A stretch of DNA of 51,974 nt from an uncultured Candidatus Melainabacteria bacterium (GCA_963922625.1 CAWUIS010000001.1:1-51974), one strand, 5' to 3'; shown: positions 36,088 through 45,093, counted from the first letter of the stretch. Translations and numbers: made by a program. The notes: a model not told the origin generated them from the letters alone.

Positions 36088-37119
36088 ATGCCTTCAGCCG
36101 TTTCACGTACTCAGCTAAAACACCTACCAGTAGTACAGATTAAGCCTGGAACTACTGAAATTCTTACTCCAGAGAATTTAGCTCAGCATACTACTCGAAA
36201 TAGCATAGTACCAGGAGAACCTGTATTATCAAATTATGCTGGAAATTATGCTGGAAAAGCAAAAGATGTTGCTGAGCAAGTTGCATTAGGAAACAACCCT
36301 GTTTTCTTCAAGAACTATTTTGATAAATTATTTTCTATTGACCTCATAAAGGAAGATAAAAAAGGTAATCTCAAGCCAGGAAAAGATGAGAGCCTAAAAA
36401 GCTGGTTTTTTAGATGCTTGGATTCTCTACAAAAACCACTTTATACTGCTCTAATTGAATCATGGAAACATGCACACAGAGCGTATTATGAAAAAAATCC
36501 AGAAATCTTAATGGCCAAAATGCAGGAGAGGCTCGATCAAGGAAAAATTAAAAAAATACCTGAAGATTCAAGGGGAATAAAACAAGAGCTGGATAATATC
36601 TTGTTTATTAATGGTCCGTCTGCAGAAGCAGAGCACGCTGCAAGCAATGTTCTAGTGGACTCTATGAAAAATTCTTTCAAATTATCAAATTCATACTATC
36701 TTAGATCTCATCTTGACTTCAATGCCTTTCAAAAATTTACAGAAGCCTATAGAAAAATCTATTTTGCTTTAAGTGAGCTCTTTATAAATGTTGAATTAGA
36801 TTTGAGTCAACTTATACGAGCTAATCCTTTGAAATTTATCCAAATCAATAAAAGCAAAGATAACGGTGGTATTTACTTAAGCTTTAAGAAAGAAGCCCTA
36901 GAGACTGCTATGAAATCTATCGAACCTAAGTTGCATGGAGAAAATCCTGCTTGTCCACATATCAATATTGCAACTGGATGTCCTTTCAGGCAAGTAAACA
37001 AAAGTAAAGATGAAGGTAAAAACGAAAACTTCTTAATGAAAATATACGACTACATGCAAGAACAGGTCGAAAAACACTTTGGAAAGGACTTTGATGCTCT
37101 AGTTAATCAAAAAGTTTAG
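36088..37119 (+). CDS. hypothetical protein (343 aa), orphan, bracketed by 52-bp direct repeats
   Basis: Uninterrupted ORF in very low-GC DNA (14/60 in line 36301-36360); TGCTATTAT extended -10-like element 7 nt before the ATG; two Cys-Pro motifs (ACPH, GCPF) near the C-terminus; 12-bp perfect in-frame tandem duplication at 36232-36255. Confidence 0.6.
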   Translation: MPSAVSRTQLKHLPVVQIKPGTTEILTPENLAQHTTRNSIVPGEPVLSNYAGNYAGKAKDVAEQVALGNNPVFFKNYFDKLFSIDLIKEDKKGNLKPGKDESLKSWFFRCLDSLQKPLYTALIESWKHAHRAYYEKNPEILMAKMQERLDQGKIKKIPEDSRGIKQELDNILFINGPSAEAEHAASNVLVDSMKNSFKLSNSYYLRSHLDFNAFQKFTEAYRKIYFALSELFINVELDLSQLIRANPLKFIQINKSKDNGGIYLSFKKEALETAMKSIEPKLHGENPACPHINIATGCPFRQVNKSKDEGKNENFLMKIYDYMQEQVEKHFGKDFDALVNQKV

Positions 37120-37129
37120 TACGGACACG

Positions 37130-37181
37130 AAACTTACCACAAAAGAGTAAAAAGTTTCACCTCTAGACTAAAGTTTTCAGA
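37130..37181. repeat. 52-bp direct repeat, copy B
   Basis: Identical to 35980-36031; lies between the stop of the 343-aa ORF (37119) and the stop of rplA (37196); imperfect homology extends back to 37105, into the ORF's last codons. Confidence 0.95.
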
Positions 37182-37195
37182 AAAGAGTAGGAGCC

Positions 37196-37912
37196 CTAAG
37201 CAGCAATAGCTGAATCAGGATTAATCTGTAAGCCAGGACCTTGAGTAGTACTAATATAAGCAGACTTCATATATGTACCCTTAGATGAATTAGGCTTGTT
37301 TTTTTGAATTTCTTGAACTGCTGCCTGCAGATTTTTCATTAGATCTTCATCAGAAAAACTAGAATTACCAAAAGGCAAATGAACGACAGCACCTGTTTTT
37401 TCAGCTCTAAAACTTACTTTACCAGCTTGAAGATCTTTTACAGCCTTTGCAACATCAGGTGTAACAGTACCGTCTTTAGGGTTTGGCATCAAACCTCTTG
37501 GACCAAGCACTCTACCAAGCTTACCAAGCATAGGCATACAATCAGGACTTGCAACTAAAACGTCAAAATCCATCCAGCCTTCTTCGATTTTTTTAACAAG
37601 CTCTTCAGTGCCTGCTTCCATCGCGCCAGCAGCTTTAGCCTCAGCAACTTTCTCACCTTTAGCAACAACAGCAACTCTCACTGTTTTACCAGTACCAGCC
37701 GGTAAAGAAACAGAAGCTCTTACTTGTTGATCATTAGCTTTAGTATCGATACCAAGTTGAATAGAAAGCTCAAAAGTTTGTGCGTATTTATCACTACAAT
37801 TCTCGCTAGCGAAAGTCTTTAAAACTTCTATTGCTTTTTTTGCATCAAGTTTGCCTTTATTCTCGGCACTAATTTCTTTGATTTTCTCTTGTCTTTTTGA
37901 TAGTTTAGCCAT
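37196..37912 (-). CDS. rplA: 50S ribosomal protein L1
   Basis: 238 aa; ..FDVLVASPDCMPMLGKLGRVLGPRGLMPNPK.GTVT.DV..AV conserved L1 block. Confidence 0.97.
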   Translation of the reverse strand: MAKLSKRQEKIKEISAENKGKLDAKKAIEVLKTFASENCSDKYAQTFELSIQLGIDTKANDQQVRASVSLPAGTGKTVRVAVVAKGEKVAEAKAAGAMEAGTEELVKKIEEGWMDFDVLVASPDCMPMLGKLGRVLGPRGLMPNPKDGTVTPDVAKAVKDLQAGKVSFRAEKTGAVVHLPFGNSSFSDEDLMKNLQAAVQEIQKNKPNSSKGTYMKSAYISTTQGPGLQINPDSAIAA

Positions 37913-38346
37913 TATGCAGTCCTCACTACTCCCATACTTCTTGCTGTACCAGCAATGATATTTTTTGCCGCTTCGATGTCGTTAGCGTTTAAATCTGGCA
38001 TTTTTTGTTGAGCAATTTCTTCTAATTGCTGCTCAGTAACTTTGCCCACTTTATCCATATGAGGCACAGCCGAACCTTTTTTCAAGTTTAGTTTCTTTTT
38101 AACAAGAACAGCAGCTGGCGGCTCTTTAAGAATAAAAGTGAATGATCTATCTTCATAAACAGTGATGATCACCGGAATAACAAAACCAGCTTTATCCTTT
38201 GTAGCATCGTTATATGCTTTACAAAAGTCCATAATATTAACACCGTGCTGACCGAGTGCAGGGCCCACAGGAGGTGCAGGATTTGCCTTGCCGGCCTCGA
38301 GTTGCAAGTTAATATATCCAGATATCTTTTTTCCAGGTTTCGCCAT
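37912..38346 (-). CDS. rplK: 50S ribosomal protein L11
   Basis: 144 aa; ..[30 protein letters not shown] conserved L11 N-terminus; stop shares 1 nt with the rplA start. Confidence 0.97.
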   Translation of the reverse strand: MAKPGKKISGYINLQLEAGKANPAPPVGPALGQHGVNIMDFCKAYNDATKDKAGFVIPVIITVYEDRSFTFILKEPPAAVLVKKKLNLKKGSAVPHMDKVGKVTEQQLEEIAQQKMPDLNANDIEAAKNIIAGTARSMGVVRTA

Positions 38347-38357
38347 AGCAGAAAAGT

Positions 38358-38368
38358 TATTCTAGCAA
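38358..38368 (-). promoter_or_regulatory. extended -10-like promoter element TTGCTAGAATA upstream of rplK
   Basis: Minus-strand TTGCTAGAATA; the hexamer ends 12 nt before the rplK ATG. Confidence 0.5.
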
Positions 38369-38402
38369 GACAGGTCGATGTTAAGCTTAAAATTAAACGA
38401 AT

Positions 38403-39308
38403 ATGTCACATAAAGAAATCATAAAACTAGCTTTATCAGAGGACTTATACCCTTTAGGAGACCTTACCAGTAACCTTTTGGTGAGCCCCTTTAAATTAGG
38501 GGCAGCAAAAATCATCGCCAAAGAGAAAGGAATACTGGCTTGCTCCAATATATTAGTTGAAGTTTTACAAGCTTTTTGCGAGCTTATGGAAGTACCTGAA
38601 AGTGGTGAAATAAATTTTCTTGTTGCAGATGGTAAAAGCTTTGAAGTTGGAGATGAAATAGCCAATTTCACCACGCCAGCGCAAGTGATATTAGGAGCAG
38701 AAAGAACCATTTTAAATTTTCTACAAAGATCTTGTGGTATCGCCACAAAAACTAAAAGCCTAGTAGAAAAAATCGAAGCTTATAATTGCCAACTATTAGA
38801 TACTCGCAAAACTATTCCTGGACTAAGAAATTTTGAAAAAGAAGCCTTTGGTTGGGGAGGAGGCACAAGGCACCGCTACAACTTAAGCGATATGGTACTC
38901 ATCAAAGAAAACCACCTTAAGTTTATGGAAGATGAGGAAGGAAATCTTTTACAAAAATTACGTCTATGTAGAGCCAAATTAGAGGAAATCTCAAGCAAAG
39001 AACTACAACAAGATGGATCGCCAAAAATCAAAATGGAAATCGAGATCAACGAAGACAATCTTGGGCTACTAGATTCAGTCTTGGAAAGCCCGGTAGATAT
39101 AATCATGCTTGATAACTTTGAGCCTGGAAAAGCAAGTGAAATTATTGAGAAAATACGTAGTGCCAATGCCGAAATCAAAATTGAACTAAGTGGCGGTATT
39201 AATTCTGACAGCATAGCGAGCTACGCTCAAACAGGTTGTGATTATATTTCAACAGGAAGTGTTTATACTGATGTGCGTAATTGCGATTTGTCTATGTTGA
39301 TTTCTTGA
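38403..39308 (+). CDS. nadC: nicotinate-nucleotide pyrophosphorylase (quinolinate phosphoribosyltransferase)
   Basis: ER..LNFLQR.SGIAT, LLDTRKTIPGLR, GGG..HR..L.D.VLIKENH, MLDNF, E.SGGI motifs. Confidence 0.87.
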   Translation: MSHKEIIKLALSEDLYPLGDLTSNLLVSPFKLGAAKIIAKEKGILACSNILVEVLQAFCELMEVPESGEINFLVADGKSFEVGDEIANFTTPAQVILGAERTILNFLQRSCGIATKTKSLVEKIEAYNCQLLDTRKTIPGLRNFEKEAFGWGGGTRHRYNLSDMVLIKENHLKFMEDEEGNLLQKLRLCRAKLEEISSKELQQDGSPKIKMEIEINEDNLGLLDSVLESPVDIIMLDNFEPGKASEIIEKIRSANAEIKIELSGGINSDSIASYAQTGCDYISTGSVYTDVRNCDLSMLIS

Positions 39309-39324
39309 GAATTTCCTGAAAAAA

Positions 39325-39495
39325 CTAATCCTCAAAAATTACATGCTTGGGATCTTCTTCATCACCCTCAAAAGCACCTTGGTCTTTAGCCTCTTTGAAA
39401 AAATACCAGGCAACTAAAGCAAAAAGAGCGCACACTAAACCTGGGCCAGCCCAGACCCAAGCGCCACCTTCATTCAATATACAATTCGGGCACAT
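39325..39495 (-). CDS. possible small membrane protein (56 aa)
   Basis: ATG ORF MCPNCILNEGGAWVWAGPGLVCALFALVAWYFFKEAKDQ..EEDPKHVIFED: one clear TM helix plus an acidic tail; below the ORF-track cutoff; downstream of the MAPEG gene on the same strand. Confidence 0.35.
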   Translation of the reverse strand: MCPNCILNEGGAWVWAGPGLVCALFALVAWYFFKEAKDQGAFEGDEEDPKHVIFED

Positions 39496-39562
39496 AACTA
39501 TATTTTACAAGTTATTGAAGATCCACTAGAAAACTTCTTTATTTAGGTTTAGCGACAAACCC

Positions 39563-39961
39563 TTAAAAAAGAAAATCAAAAATACAAAACTTAGCAAGTG
39601 CACCAATGGATACAAAAGTCATGGTCATGGCTGCAACTCTAAATCTAAAATCGCCCTTTTTCTCATGAAACAAAAGACTATAAGCGTGACACACTCTACC
39701 AAGTAGAAAAACCCCTGCAAAAATATTTAAAAGCAAAACAGAAAAATGATTCAGTTCTAAAACCAAAAACAAAATCAAAAACATCGGTGAATATTCTGTA
39801 AAATTACCCTGAGCACGCATAGCAGCTTCAAGCTCAGCGTCGTTACCACCAAAAAATCTAACCTGTTTTTTGCGTCTTCTAAGTATCGTAAACACGCTCA
39901 AAAATATGAGCATATAAGCTAAAACAGCTGCGTAGATTAAAGTGAATTTTATTTCTAACAT
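39563..39961 (-). CDS. MAPEG-family membrane protein
   Basis: 132 aa, 4 TM; R.Q.NF.EY.P.F and GR..H.Y pattern typical of MAPEG/YecN-like proteins. Confidence 0.65.
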   Translation of the reverse strand: MLEIKFTLIYAAVLAYMLIFLSVFTILRRRKKQVRFFGGNDAELEAAMRAQGNFTEYSPMFLILFLVLELNHFSVLLLNIFAGVFLLGRVCHAYSLLFHEKKGDFRFRVAAMTMTFVSIGALAKFCIFDFLF

Positions 39962-40020
39962 AAGATTGATTCTAAGCCATTATACTTTTGTGTCATCCTG
40001 TGATACAATATGCATCAATT

Positions 40021-41034
40021 ATGAAAGAAATGGAAGACTTGGTGGGAGTTCCAGAAAAAATTACTACTCTAGGACCTCAAGACGAGAAACAGATCAAAGT
40101 CTTTACGGGCAGGGCAAACCCGCTACTGGGGAAGGAAATTGCAAAAGAGCTGGGTCTTGAACTTGGCAAAATTACCATCAAACCTTTTGCTGATGGCGAG
40201 CTTTACGTGCAAATTCAAGAGAGCGTTCGTGGACACGAGATCTTTTTAATACACCCAACCCATTCGCCAGTAAATGAAAACATCATGGAACTTTTAGTGA
40301 TGATAGACGCACTAAAAAGAGCTTCTGCAAAACACATCAATGTCATCATGCCTTATTTTGGTTACGCGCGCCAAGACAGAAAAGCTGCTGGACGTGAGCC
40401 TATTACTGCAAAATTAGTTGCCAAGCTTATTGGAGAAGCGGGTGCTGATCGGGTTTTATGTCTTGATCTGCACTCAGAACAAATAGTCGGTTTCTTTGAT
40501 TGCTTAGTCGATCATGTTTACGCTAACCCTGTCATCATCGACTACATCAAAAGATTTATCGGTATTGAAAACCTTGTCATTGTGTCACCTGATGTTGGTG
40601 GTGTAAGAAGAGCAAGAGCATTTGCAAAGCAACTTGGTGATGCACCGATAGCTATAGTAGATAAACGCCGTCACTTGGACAAACAAAACTACGTTGAAGT
40701 TATGAACATCATTGGTGAAGTTGATGGTATGACAGCTATCTTAATTGACGATATTATCGACACCGCTGGGACTATGTGCCAAGCAGCACAGCTTATCAAA
40801 GATCAGGGTGCTGAAAAAATCTTTGCTTGTGCGACCCATGGAGTTCTTTCAGGTCCCGCTTTTGAACGTATCGAAGCCTCACCTATTGAAGAGTTGATTG
40901 TCACAAACTCTATACCGCTAGCTCCTATCTGGATTCAATCAAGCAAAATCAAACAAATCTCAGTAGCGCCATTTTTAGCTGAAGCTATCCGCCGCATTTA
41001 TACTGGTGATTCTGTTTCAGGATTATTTATTTAA
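40021..41034 (+). CDS. prs: ribose-phosphate pyrophosphokinase
   Basis: IKVFTGRANP.LG.EIA..LG, YARQDRK, DLHSEQIVGFF, DDIIDTAGT; start moved to ATG 40021 (TGATACAAT extended -10 11 nt upstream). Confidence 0.93.
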   Translation: MKEMEDLVGVPEKITTLGPQDEKQIKVFTGRANPLLGKEIAKELGLELGKITIKPFADGELYVQIQESVRGHEIFLIHPTHSPVNENIMELLVMIDALKRASAKHINVIMPYFGYARQDRKAAGREPITAKLVAKLIGEAGADRVLCLDLHSEQIVGFFDCLVDHVYANPVIIDYIKRFIGIENLVIVSPDVGGVRRARAFAKQLGDAPIAIVDKRRHLDKQNYVEVMNIIGEVDGMTAILIDDIIDTAGTMCQAAQLIKDQGAEKIFACATHGVLSGPAFERIEASPIEELIVTNSIPLAPIWIQSSKIKQISVAPFLAEAIRRIYTGDSVSGLFI

Positions 41035-41048
41035 TTTACTAGGTCTCA

Positions 41049-42161
41049 GTGATAGTGACAATTCAAGAAAGAATTAAAACAGTCGCTCAAGAGATAGGAT
41101 TCATAGATGTTAAATTTGCATCAACCCAACCTCTTCTAAAAGAAGAAAAAAGATTTTTTAAATGGCGTGAATCTGGATACGCAGCTGGCATGGAATACTT
41201 ACTCAAGGCAGATCCCATCAATGCCCGTCCTGAGTTTTTACTCGAAAATGCAAAGAGCATCATCATGCTCACAGCTAATTATTACTCTCCTTGTCCGCCT
41301 AAACCTGATGATGGTAATAATTACGGCAGAATCTCTTCTTATGCAACAGGGCTTGATTATCATAAAGTTCTCAAAAAAAAAGTCAAAGATCTAGTAGAAG
41401 CGCCTGAACTTAAAAGTATCTTTGAAAAAGCAAGGTTTTTTACAGATGCAGTACCACTCTTAGAAAAGTCTTTTGCTATTGAAGCTGGCTTAGGATTTAG
41501 GGGGAAAAATTCCTTACTTTTATCTCGCGATTCAGGTAGCTTTAACTTTATTTTAGAGCTCATCACTGATATTGAAATTGATTCACATCCTTACCCCAGT
41601 AATGATATTGGCTGCGGTGCTTGTAGCCGTTGTGCTGATATTTGTCCAACAAATGCCTTTCCAGAACCCTATGTCTTGGATTCCAATAAATGCATAAGCT
41701 ATTGGACTATAGAAACCAAAGATCAAGAGATACCAGAAAAACTTTCAAACAATTTTGGTGACTGGCTCTTTGGCTGTGATTTATGCCAGACTATCTGTCC
41801 TTACAACGGAAGGCTTGAAAGAAAAAACATACTTCCAAAACCTTTTGCTGAATTTAATCCCGAAAATGGTTTTGGACATTGGCTCGATCTCAATGAAATT
41901 CTAGATCTAGAAGAAAATAAATTTAGCAAATCTCAGCTACTAAAAAGACTCGAAAAGCACAAATTTTTAGATGAAAAAACACTTCCTAGTATAAAAAAAT
42001 ATATTGCAAAACAAGAGCATATTACAGAGGAAGTTCTCGACCATATTTTTCAAATAAAATTTGCGCGAACCGCTTTACTAAGACCAAAAAGAAAAGGCTT
42101 GATCAGAAACGCCAAAATAGTTTTAAATAACGCCAACCAATCCCAGCTGACCGAGATTTGA
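41049..42161 (+). CDS. queG: epoxyqueuosine reductase
   Basis: CGACSRCADICPTNAF, CISYWTIE, GCDLCQTICPYN ferredoxin-type clusters in QueG order; GTG start. Confidence 0.88.
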   Translation: MIVTIQERIKTVAQEIGFIDVKFASTQPLLKEEKRFFKWRESGYAAGMEYLLKADPINARPEFLLENAKSIIMLTANYYSPCPPKPDDGNNYGRISSYATGLDYHKVLKKKVKDLVEAPELKSIFEKARFFTDAVPLLEKSFAIEAGLGFRGKNSLLLSRDSGSFNFILELITDIEIDSHPYPSNDIGCGACSRCADICPTNAFPEPYVLDSNKCISYWTIETKDQEIPEKLSNNFGDWLFGCDLCQTICPYNGRLERKNILPKPFAEFNPENGFGHWLDLNEILDLEENKFSKSQLLKRLEKHKFLDEKTLPSIKKYIAKQEHITEEVLDHIFQIKFARTALLRPKRKGLIRNAKIVLNNANQSQLTEI

Positions 42162-43556
42162 TTGTGCTTGAGGACTTCTCATAAAATCAATAAATTTAGC
42201 TTGTCCGCTATTAAGATCACCTGCTGATATCAAGTAGATGTATCTAGTCAATGGATACTCACCACGGCGAACCAAATTAGCATTGAGAGTACCATCGTTA
42301 TTAATAGGTTTAGAGCCTTTTTCATTAAAGATGCTAGCTATTTTTAAAATTTTGACTTTCTTGGTATGCATCAAAGAACTCAAACTAGCATAAGCAATAG
42401 CATTTGGATTAGAAGCAACCAAATCAATCATCTGGCTTGGAGTATAAATATGAATAGTCTCCTGGCTAACTGGCTCAGAGTACATGACTCTATCAGTAAA
42501 GAATGCAAAAGTACCACTTTCTTTTGACAAAGAAAACCTTGTAATTTTCTGCTTTGATTTTAAAAGAGGATTTGCTTGATTCCAATTAATAGAATCCTGC
42601 TTATAAATCTCTTTAAGTTGATCCATAGTAATCATAGTAGCTGGGTTAGATGGGTGGACAAAAACAGCAACTGAATCTAATGCCACTCTATGATCAGCCA
42701 GAGGCCTACCAAAACGAGCAGCTTTTTTTCTATCATCAACACTTGGAATTTTAGAACTGGCTGCAAGAGAAATTTTTCCATCAACTAAATCTCGAATCGC
42801 TATACCACTATCACCACCCTCGACAGAAACATCAATTTTCGGATTAGCTGCAATGAAATTGTTTTTGGTTAAATCATAAATATTCAAAACAGATTTTGTA
42901 CCTTGAACTTTAATTGTGCCGACAAGTTCAGGACGAGAAACAGAACTCAGCTTTCGATCGGATCTGTATTCTTTTACAAGAGATGTGACTCTAGTAGCCG
43001 ATCTATCAAAAAACATGTTGTAGACCATAAATCCTGCAAAAACCAAAACAACAATAAACATCAAAAAAGAAACTATGGATAAACCAGGTTTTGATTTTTT
43101 TTGAACAGGTGCAGATTTTGGTTTTTGGGGAGCTTGAGAGCTTTTTTTGGGCTTTGGTTTCTCAGACCGGGTTTTAGTTACAAAGGATTTTAAGGCTATA
43201 TTGTCAAGAATATACTCAACTCCTTTTTGTAAATAACGATTAGTGGTTGAAAGATTATCGCCTATGTCAATTGCTATAGAGTTTAGATCAGAATTGTACT
43301 TGAGATGTAATTCCAAAACACGCTTTATTTTTTTTAGTTCTTGAACAGGAAGATTTGGTTTTTTAATCTTAGGGTTAGCAGAGCTATCCATATCAAGAAT
43401 ATTAATAAGGTTATTAATCTCGATAGCTATAGCTAGCATCTCAGAAATTTGAGTAAGTGAGAATTGACCCGTGTTTCTATACTTATCAACATTAACTGAA
43501 AAATCTAAAACAGCAAAAATGATTTCTTTTTTTAGATCAGATGTGCTGGTTACCAT
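42123..43556 (-). CDS. membrane-anchored PstS-family (PBP_like_2) phosphate-binding-domain protein with a 165-aa cytoplasmic N-terminal domain (HTH-like)
   Basis: TM helix LSIVSFLMFIVVLVFAGFMVY; periplasmic part with the PstS-like pattern (..ISLAASSKIPS..DSVAVFVHPSNP...ITMDQLKEIY......W.. / GEYPLTRYIYL); N-terminal VLELHLKYNSDLNSIAIDIGDNLSTTNRYLQKGVEYIL resembles a sigma70-region-4/LuxR-type HTH. Confidence 0.7.
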   Translation of the reverse strand: MVTSTSDLKKEIIFAVLDFSVNVDKYRNTGQFSLTQISEMLAIAIEINNLINILDMDSSANPKIKKPNLPVQELKKIKRVLELHLKYNSDLNSIAIDIGDNLSTTNRYLQKGVEYILDNIALKSFVTKTRSEKPKPKKSSQAPQKPKSAPVQKKSKPGLSIVSFLMFIVVLVFAGFMVYNMFFDRSATRVTSLVKEYRSDRKLSSVSRPELVGTIKVQGTKSVLNIYDLTKNNFIAANPKIDVSVEGGDSGIAIRDLVDGKISLAASSKIPSVDDRKKAARFGRPLADHRVALDSVAVFVHPSNPATMITMDQLKEIYKQDSINWNQANPLLKSKQKITRFSLSKESGTFAFFTDRVMYSEPVSQETIHIYTPSQMIDLVASNPNAIAYASLSSLMHTKKVKILKIASIFNEKGSKPINNDGTLNANLVRRGEYPLTRYIYLISAGDLNSGQAKFIDFMRSPQAQSNLGQLGLVGVI

Positions 43557-43684
43557 TAATTATCACCAGCCTGATTTCTATTAACAACCAAGGAAAAAAT
43601 CAATTCCTTAGTCTCTAAACTAATAGAGCTTTTGAAAACCTCTTCTACAATTTTTTTTAAATTTTCTTGGTTTTTCTGATCCAT
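43556..43684 (-). CDS. possible 42-aa micro-ORF coupled to the downstream PstS-like gene
   Basis: ATG 4 nt after the dnaN stop; its TAA overlaps the ATG of the 477-aa gene (TAATG). Confidence 0.25.
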   Translation of the reverse strand: MDQKNQENLKKIVEEVFKSSISLETKELIFSLVVNRNQAGDN

Positions 43685-43687
43685 TAT

Positions 43688-44827
43688 CTAAGAATTAACT
43701 TCGTGCTTAATAGGCATTATCAAATGTAGAAAGTCTTCATCTGAAACAGGCTTAAGTATTATTGGATTAACAGATCCAGACATCTTAAACACAACTTCAT
43801 CTGAATCTATAGACTTCAAAGGCTCGATTAAGTATTTGACATTAAAAAATATATCAATAGGTTCACCACTATAACTAACAGCAATTTTGTCAGCAGCTTG
43901 ACCAAAATCCTTGTTTGAAGATTCAACAATTAAACCATCTTCAGAAAAACTAAGTTTGACCAAATTAGTAATTTCATTTGCCATAGTGGCAACACGATCA
44001 AGCGATGATAAAAACTCTTTACGGTTGATTTGAGCTGTTTTATCCAAACTTTGAGGAATGAGCTGTTTGTATCTTGGATAACTACCGTCTAACAATCTTG
44101 AGACTATGAATCTATCCTCGGTAAAAAATATAACCTGGTTTCCTAAAAACGAAATCTTCACTTCACCATCAATACTGGTATCAAGAATTCTCTGGACATC
44201 AGTAATAATCTTAATCGGAACAACAACTTCTTTTTTAGAAAAGCTTACAGAATGCTCAAGAGCCAACTCATAACTAGATAGTCTATTACCATCTGTTGCA
44301 GCTATTTCAAAAACCACTGTGCCGTTATCAGGATTCTCTCTTATCCCGAAATATATACCCCCAAGTATATTGTTGATGTCGTACCTAGAAGCAGCAAAAT
44401 GAACTAGATTTATGATTTTGGAAAATTTGTCTTTGCTGATAGAAAAAAAAGAAGATGTATCAGGTTTTTCTATCTTAGGAAAATCATCAGCTGAAATACC
44501 AACTAAATCAAAATTAGAAGTTCGACATTTTAATTTAGCTTTTTGCGTTTCAGGATCAACGATGATGTGAACATCATCTTCATCAAGCTTGCTAACAATT
44601 TCCTCTAATTTTTTTGCTGATATAGTGATTTGTCCTTCCTCTTCATTTTGAGAAGGAATTGTTGCTTCAATAGTAAAATCTAAATCTGTTGCATTAAGTT
44701 TGAGTTGTCCATTCTCATTTTGAAGAAGAATATTATTAAGAACTGGTTGAACTCCCTTAGCTGGTACTGCTTTTGACACAGACTTGATTGCTTTATCTAA
44801 TGTATTTTTTGGAACTTTAAGTTTCAT
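43688..44827 (-). CDS. dnaN: DNA polymerase III beta sliding clamp
   Basis: 379 aa, three-domain clamp pattern (MKLKV....L......V...V......P.L.N.LL ... C-terminal ..P....P.....L.MP). Confidence 0.92.
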   Translation of the reverse strand: MKLKVPKNTLDKAIKSVSKAVPAKGVQPVLNNILLQNENGQLKLNATDLDFTIEATIPSQNEEEGQITISAKKLEEIVSKLDEDDVHIIVDPETQKAKLKCRTSNFDLVGISADDFPKIEKPDTSSFFSISKDKFSKIINLVHFAASRYDINNILGGIYFGIRENPDNGTVVFEIAATDGNRLSSYELALEHSVSFSKKEVVVPIKIITDVQRILDTSIDGEVKISFLGNQVIFFTEDRFIVSRLLDGSYPRYKQLIPQSLDKTAQINRKEFLSSLDRVATMANEITNLVKLSFSEDGLIVESSNKDFGQAADKIAVSYSGEPIDIFFNVKYLIEPLKSIDSDEVVFKMSGSVNPIILKPVSDEDFLHLIMPIKHEVNS

Positions 44828-44889
44828 GATTAATGTTTATATTATTAAATAATAACTCAAAAGCACTGATTAAGGGGATTTCTTCTTGT

Positions 44890-45093
44890 TTCAAAAGGAT
44901 AAACTCTATTCTAAAATAGATTTTTTAATATATATAATTAGTATTAGTAGAGAGAGCTATTTTTTGTTCAAAACCAGTAAAAGCCTTACCAAATATAATG
45001 ATTTACATGTTCAAAACTCTTCAAAACTAATGACTTTTCTTCAAGTTTCTATTAAAGATAAAGCTTTATCAACAGTTGTAATTAGTTTTGAAC
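44890..45093. repeat. cluster of (G)TTCAAAAC(T) 9-mers in the AT-rich spacer upstream of dnaN
   Basis: GTTCAAAAC at 44966-44974 and 45009-45017, TTCAAAACT at 45020-45028 (10-bp phasing), inverted AGTTTTGAAC at 45084-45093, weaker TTCAAAAG at 44890-44897. Confidence 0.6.

Noticed and set aside
38393-38746. 117-aa ORF antisense to nadC, and 38876-39214 antisense
   Set aside because: They lie inside the well-supported nadC CDS and show S/L/I-rich shadow-ORF composition.
39347-39529. 60-aa plus-strand ORF (MGSSSSPSKAPW..)
   Set aside because: Its composition is low-complexity and basic and it has no RBS. The opposite strand encodes a more protein-like 56-aa single-TM peptide, itself only low confidence.
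45066-45074. DnaA box TTATCAACA as proof of oriC
   Set aside because: I found only this single one-mismatch box (plus weak TTATCC fragments at 44895 and 340-390). That is insufficient alone, so the region is reported only as a low-confidence candidate.
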